Below the pieces are notes generated by a model that had not been told where the DNA came from, made no database searches, and saw only the letters and a list, made by a program, of their open reading frames with translations. From Candidatus Giovannonibacteria bacterium (GTDB taxonomy: Bacteria; Patescibacteriota; Minisyncoccia; JACPKW01; UBA11713), in contig JACPKW010000004.1 of assembly GCA_016186825.1 (NCBI GenBank), positions 428 to 64,427 on the forward strand: a stretch of DNA of 64,000 bases. Direction: 5' to 3'. Below are positions 61,041-64,000 of the stretch, piece after piece. The position numbers and the translations under genes were made by a program. Numbering within the stretch: position 1 is the stretch's first letter; each line of letters starts with the position of its first letter.

Positions 61041-61859
61041 TTAGTTATCTTCAAACAAACTACCTGCAATCCAATCGTAAATAGCTGCTGCAGTCCGACT
61101 CAAACCACCACTAACTGCAGAGAAATCACCATTAGCTTTGTTATCCGTTCCGCCAGCAACTGAACTATTATTGCCGCTAGCAATATTGGCAGAACCTCCA
61201 CTAACTGACGAGTAGACTCCATTTGTGCGATTAAATCTTCCGCCACTGACAGAAGAAAAGTCACCGAAAGCTTCATTGTCTTCCCCGCCAGTAACAGATG
61301 CTCCATTCCCGCGAGCCTCGTTAGAATGTCCACCGATTGCGGATGTATATGGACCGCTTATAATATTTTCATTTCCCGCAGCAATTCCTCCATAGCTGCT
61401 GTAAGTATTTTCTGGACCGATAATAAGATTATGAGAACCGCTTCTGTCATTAGGAATACTTAATGTGTCTTCGTTATAGCCAATGATTAAATTTCCTAAT
61501 CCATTTTTTGTGTCGGTATTTCCGGAGCCATTAGTGATATGAACATTACAACCTTCAAAATAGACATCACTCCCATCTACTCGTACACAAGGTATTTCTG
61601 TTCCATTTTCACCCGCAATACCTTGTAGCCCTTGTTCACCTTGCGGACCTTGAGGTCCAGCAATTCCCTGAACATTCCAAGTCATTAACTGTTCATTGTT
61701 TTTACAGCCTGTTCTTTTGAAGCCTGTACCAATCATGCGCATTTCCCCATTCTTATTGACGCAGACTGATATAATTTCTCCTTCTGCTCTAGAAAAAAGC
61801 TGTAGTCCAAAGAAAACTGCAACCGCTGTCAAAAGTCCTAGAAAAGTTTTTTGATTCAT
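61041..61859 (-). CDS. Secreted protein with a collagen-like stretch and SVSGG-x-x-N repeats
   Basis: Signal peptide; GIAGPQGPQGEQGLQGIAGENG; 14-aa repeats near the C-terminus. Confidence 0.8.
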   Translation of the reverse strand: MNQKTFLGLLTAVAVFFGLQLFSRAEGEIISVCVNKNGEMRMIGTGFKRTGCKNNEQLMTWNVQGIAGPQGPQGEQGLQGIAGENGTEIPCVRVDGSDVYFEGCNVHITNGSGNTDTKNGLGNLIIGYNEDTLSIPNDRSGSHNLIIGPENTYSSYGGIAAGNENIISGPYTSAIGGHSNEARGNGASVTGGEDNEAFGDFSSVSGGRFNRTNGVYSSVSGGSANIASGNNSSVAGGTDNKANGDFSAVSGGLSRTAAAIYDWIAGSLFEDN

Positions 61860-61936
61860 AAAATTTTTAAAATTAAATTAATATTTTGGCCTTTTCTAAC
61901 TAAATCGCACTTTCGATAGCGTCGGAACTAACTTAG

Positions 61937-62007
61937 TTGCGGGGGCCGGAATTGCACCGGCGCCTTGAGGTTATGAGCCTCACGAGGTACTGCTCCTCCA
62001 CCCCGCG
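61937..62007 (-). tRNA. tRNA-Met(CAU), initiator-like
   Basis: CGCGGGG/CCCCGCA acceptor with C1:A72 mismatch; TGAGG-CTCATAA-CCTCA anticodon arm; atypical D and T loops. Confidence 0.88.
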
Positions 62008-62243
62008 ATATATTTTTTGATTAGATCACTGTCGTGCAATGATTTCAAATACTTTTCCAATTTCATTGCCCGTGATCTGGTTGGCAAAGATTCAACATAA
62101 ACTAATTTCCACGGACGATATCTTTTCGTAAAACCTTTTCCAGTTTCGTTATGTTCAGTAATTCTACGCATTACATCATTTGTCGAGCCGATATAATATT
62201 TTTCGGCAGAGTTACTAAATAAGATATATACACTATACTCCAT
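61980..62243 (-). CDS. GIY-YIG nuclease family protein
   Basis: VYILFS...YYIGSTND...RRITEHN...FTKRYRPWKLVYVE...AMKLEKYLK. Confidence 0.92.
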   Translation of the reverse strand: MEYSVYILFSNSAEKYYIGSTNDVMRRITEHNETGKGFTKRYRPWKLVYVESLPTRSRAMKLEKYLKSLHDSDLIKKYIAGWRSSTS

Positions 62244-62271
62244 ATGATATGAGTCCCGGCGCAGCCGTGGA

Positions 62272-62291
62272 TACTGCTCCTCCACCCCGCG
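62272..62291 (-). repeat. Exact 20-bp copy of the tRNA-Met 5' end
   Basis: TACTGCTCCTCCACCCCGCG at 61988-62007 and 62272-62291. Confidence 0.9.
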
Positions 62292-62482
62292 GTATGGAGG
62301 TAATTATATCTTTATGAAGGAATAAAGCAAGAAAAATGCTTGTAATTTTCTATTAAACCAAGTGTTGACGCGGACGAAAAAATCCAAAAAAGAGATGCAA
62401 ATCCTATAACTCTGGATTTTGCTACAGCTCGCCGCGAGAAAAAGTTCGTTGTAGCTTTCCTCGCGGTGGCTTTTTCTTTCTT

Positions 62483-62524
62483 AAAAAAAAGGAAAGCCAG
62501 TTCCGCACTGCGGATCTGGCTTTC
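62483..62524 (-). terminator. Terminator after the HExxH gene
   Basis: GAAAGCCAG-T-TCCGCA-C-TGCGGA-T-CTGGCTTTC with an adjacent A8 tract. Confidence 0.6.
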
Positions 62525-62544
62525 TTCGCTTGAGTGAGTCGCAC

Positions 62545-63003
62545 TTAAATATTGCAACTCGTTATGAGCTCGAGTTTTAGCCGGAGCTCACTTTCGATGA
62601 GTTGTCGGATCTTTTCTTTGTCGTGAAGGGCTAGCCAGCATTCGGCGAATTTATCACAGAACTCTTCCACGATTTGAATTGGCGTGTGCTTTTGTCGAAT
62701 CCTTTTTGGGATCCTGTAGGTTAAATCTAGACCGAAAGTATGGCCTATCTCATGTCCGAGCGATTGCGGCCGGCTTTGGGGATCCGCCCAGTCTGCGAAA
62801 ACGACGCAAATGTTGCCGTCGTCCCGCACAATAATTCCAGCGCCGAGCGTTTGCATTTCTCGAAACTCGACAATTCTCCTCTCCTTTAATTGCAGGCTGA
62901 TGGGTTTCTGCTTAGCGGTTAAAAGAAATTGGTCGGCGTTTGCCGCAAAAGAGAGTCTCGGGAACATCTTTATTAAAGAATTCGTGGCTTCCTCCGTGAT
63001 CAC
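62545..63003 (-). CDS. ImmA/IrrE-like metallopeptidase
   Basis: SLGHEIGH followed by EEFCDKFAECWL. Confidence 0.65.
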   Translation of the reverse strand: MITEEATNSLIKMFPRLSFAANADQFLLTAKQKPISLQLKERRIVEFREMQTLGAGIIVRDDGNICVVFADWADPQSRPQSLGHEIGHTFGLDLTYRIPKRIRQKHTPIQIVEEFCDKFAECWLALHDKEKIRQLIESELRLKLELITSCNI

Positions 63004-63156
63004 AAGTTCTAATTAAACTAGCAAACGAATGTATTTCTCGCAACTAAAAAATGATAAAATTAATAATATTTCAAAATTAAATTGTAAGGAGTCAACCGAA
63101 GTCTTCGTCTTATCACATGAGGAGGATTATTGGTTTAATTAGTTTCTAGAAAACAT

Positions 63157-64000
63157 ATGGTAGGAATTCTGCTCGTTATTGCTTTAGTTTTAGGAGGGGG
63201 CGTTTCTTATTCAGCTCAAGACGCATTGCCGGGCGAGGCGCTTTATGTGGTTAAAACCGGGGTGAATGAGCGATTTGAAAGTTTATTTACTTTCTCGAAT
63301 GAAGGCGAAGCGCGGCTTGCTGCGGCGGTGGCTTCAAGAAGGCTCGAGGAAGCCGAGGAGCTCGCGTCGAATGCCAAGCTTTCGGCTGACATTCAGGCTG
63401 ATCTTGAATCGAGATTTGAAAATAAAATTGAAGATTTTGACAAAAATATTGAGGAACTAAAGAAAGGCAAAAAATTTGAGACTGCGGCGGAAATTTCTTC
63501 GAATTTAGAATCTTCTCTGCAGGCGCACGGACGCATTTTGGCTTCGCTACAGGAAAAAGTTGCAAATGATAAACTTGTAGATTTAATTGTGAAAGTAAAA
63601 AGCCGCAAAGAGGATGTTTCCAAAAACAGAAGTGAAATCGAAGTAAAAATTAAAGAAGAAGGCGGAGCGAGTGTCGAAGCTGCTGCTCGCGGAAAGTTGA
63701 CGGCCGCAGAAAATAAAATAACTGAAGTCAAAAAATTTATAGAGCAGAAAAAATCTGCGCTTGGGGCTGATGCGACGACTGAAGCGGAGGCGCGTTTGAA
63801 AGTTGCTGAAAATATTTTAGCCGAAGGAAAAACTCAAGTTGACGCAAAAGCATACGGTGATGCATTTATGAAATTTCAGCAGTCTGCGAGAATAGCGCAG
63901 GAAGCAAAAATGCTCGTGCAGGCGCGTGTTGAACTTAAAGTTTCAGTTGATTTGGATGGATCTATTTTAATAGATGATGATGCGGATGAAAATGATAACG
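63157..64000 (+). CDS. DUF5667-like exported helical protein, partial (runs off the right edge)
   Basis: ATG 63157, TM, then AQDALPGEALYVVKTGVNE...RLEEA; the frame stays open to the window end. Confidence 0.75.
   Translation, partial: MVGILLVIALVLGGGVSYSAQDALPGEALYVVKTGVNERFESLFTFSNEGEARLAAAVASRRLEEAEELASNAKLSADIQADLESRFENKIEDFDKNIEELKKGKKFETAAEISSNLESSLQAHGRILASLQEKVANDKLVDLIVKVKSRKEDVSKNRSEIEVKIKEEGGASVEAAARGKLTAAENKITEVKKFIEQKKSALGADATTEAEARLKVAENILAEGKTQVDAKAYGDAFMKFQQSARIAQEAKMLVQARVELKVSVDLDGSILIDDDADENDN

Larger units (their letters stand above)
58759..61942. mobile_element. AT-rich islet at the tRNA-Met 3' end
   Basis: Visibly AT-richer than its flanks; GTTGCGG at both ends; four co-oriented hypothetical genes. 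Confidence 0.5.

Noticed and set aside
61937-62291. Group I intron with a homing endonuclease in tRNA-Met
   Set aside because: The tRNA is intact, the ORF fills nearly the whole insert, and there is no room for an intron core
62312-62557. 81-aa ORF
   Set aside because: It crosses a terminator hairpin and has no start signals or protein-like motifs

Overview
64-kb segment of a Patescibacteria/CPR genome, most likely Parcubacteria (inferred from gene content; standard code, TGA is a stop). The core is housekeeping: glyQS, metG, leuS, glmS, glyA-folD, parB, rel, dprA-topA, ftsH, recG, xth, ligA and gatC-gatA. It also holds a full comF/type IV pilus cluster and six tRNA genes: Leu-CAA, Ile-UAU, Arg-GCG, Ser-UGA, Ser-GCU and initiator-like Met-CAU. 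No CRISPR array, rRNA, intact transposase or intact integrase was seen. The most unusual signal is a layer of small non-coding insertions. (1) Three 127-151 bp units share the layout [target]...[reverse complement of target]-[structured core ending in CGA]-[target copy]; two sit behind tRNA 3' ends and one at a CDS 3' end. (2) A small GIY-YIG gene lies between two copies of the tRNA-Met 5' end and reads into the tRNA. (3) Two MITE-like CCCGTTAGAAA...TTTCTAACGG(G) elements have ATGAA target duplications; one is in frame inside parB, the other forms a coupled uORF on ftsH. (4) A relic integrated element at tRNA-Ser would, if excised, rejoin a recombinase-like C-terminus. (5) Several REP-like palindromes occur, some inside coding sequence. 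Many core genes look leaderless, while accessory-looking genes have strong SD motifs and their own terminators. All calls were made by eye, with no database searches.
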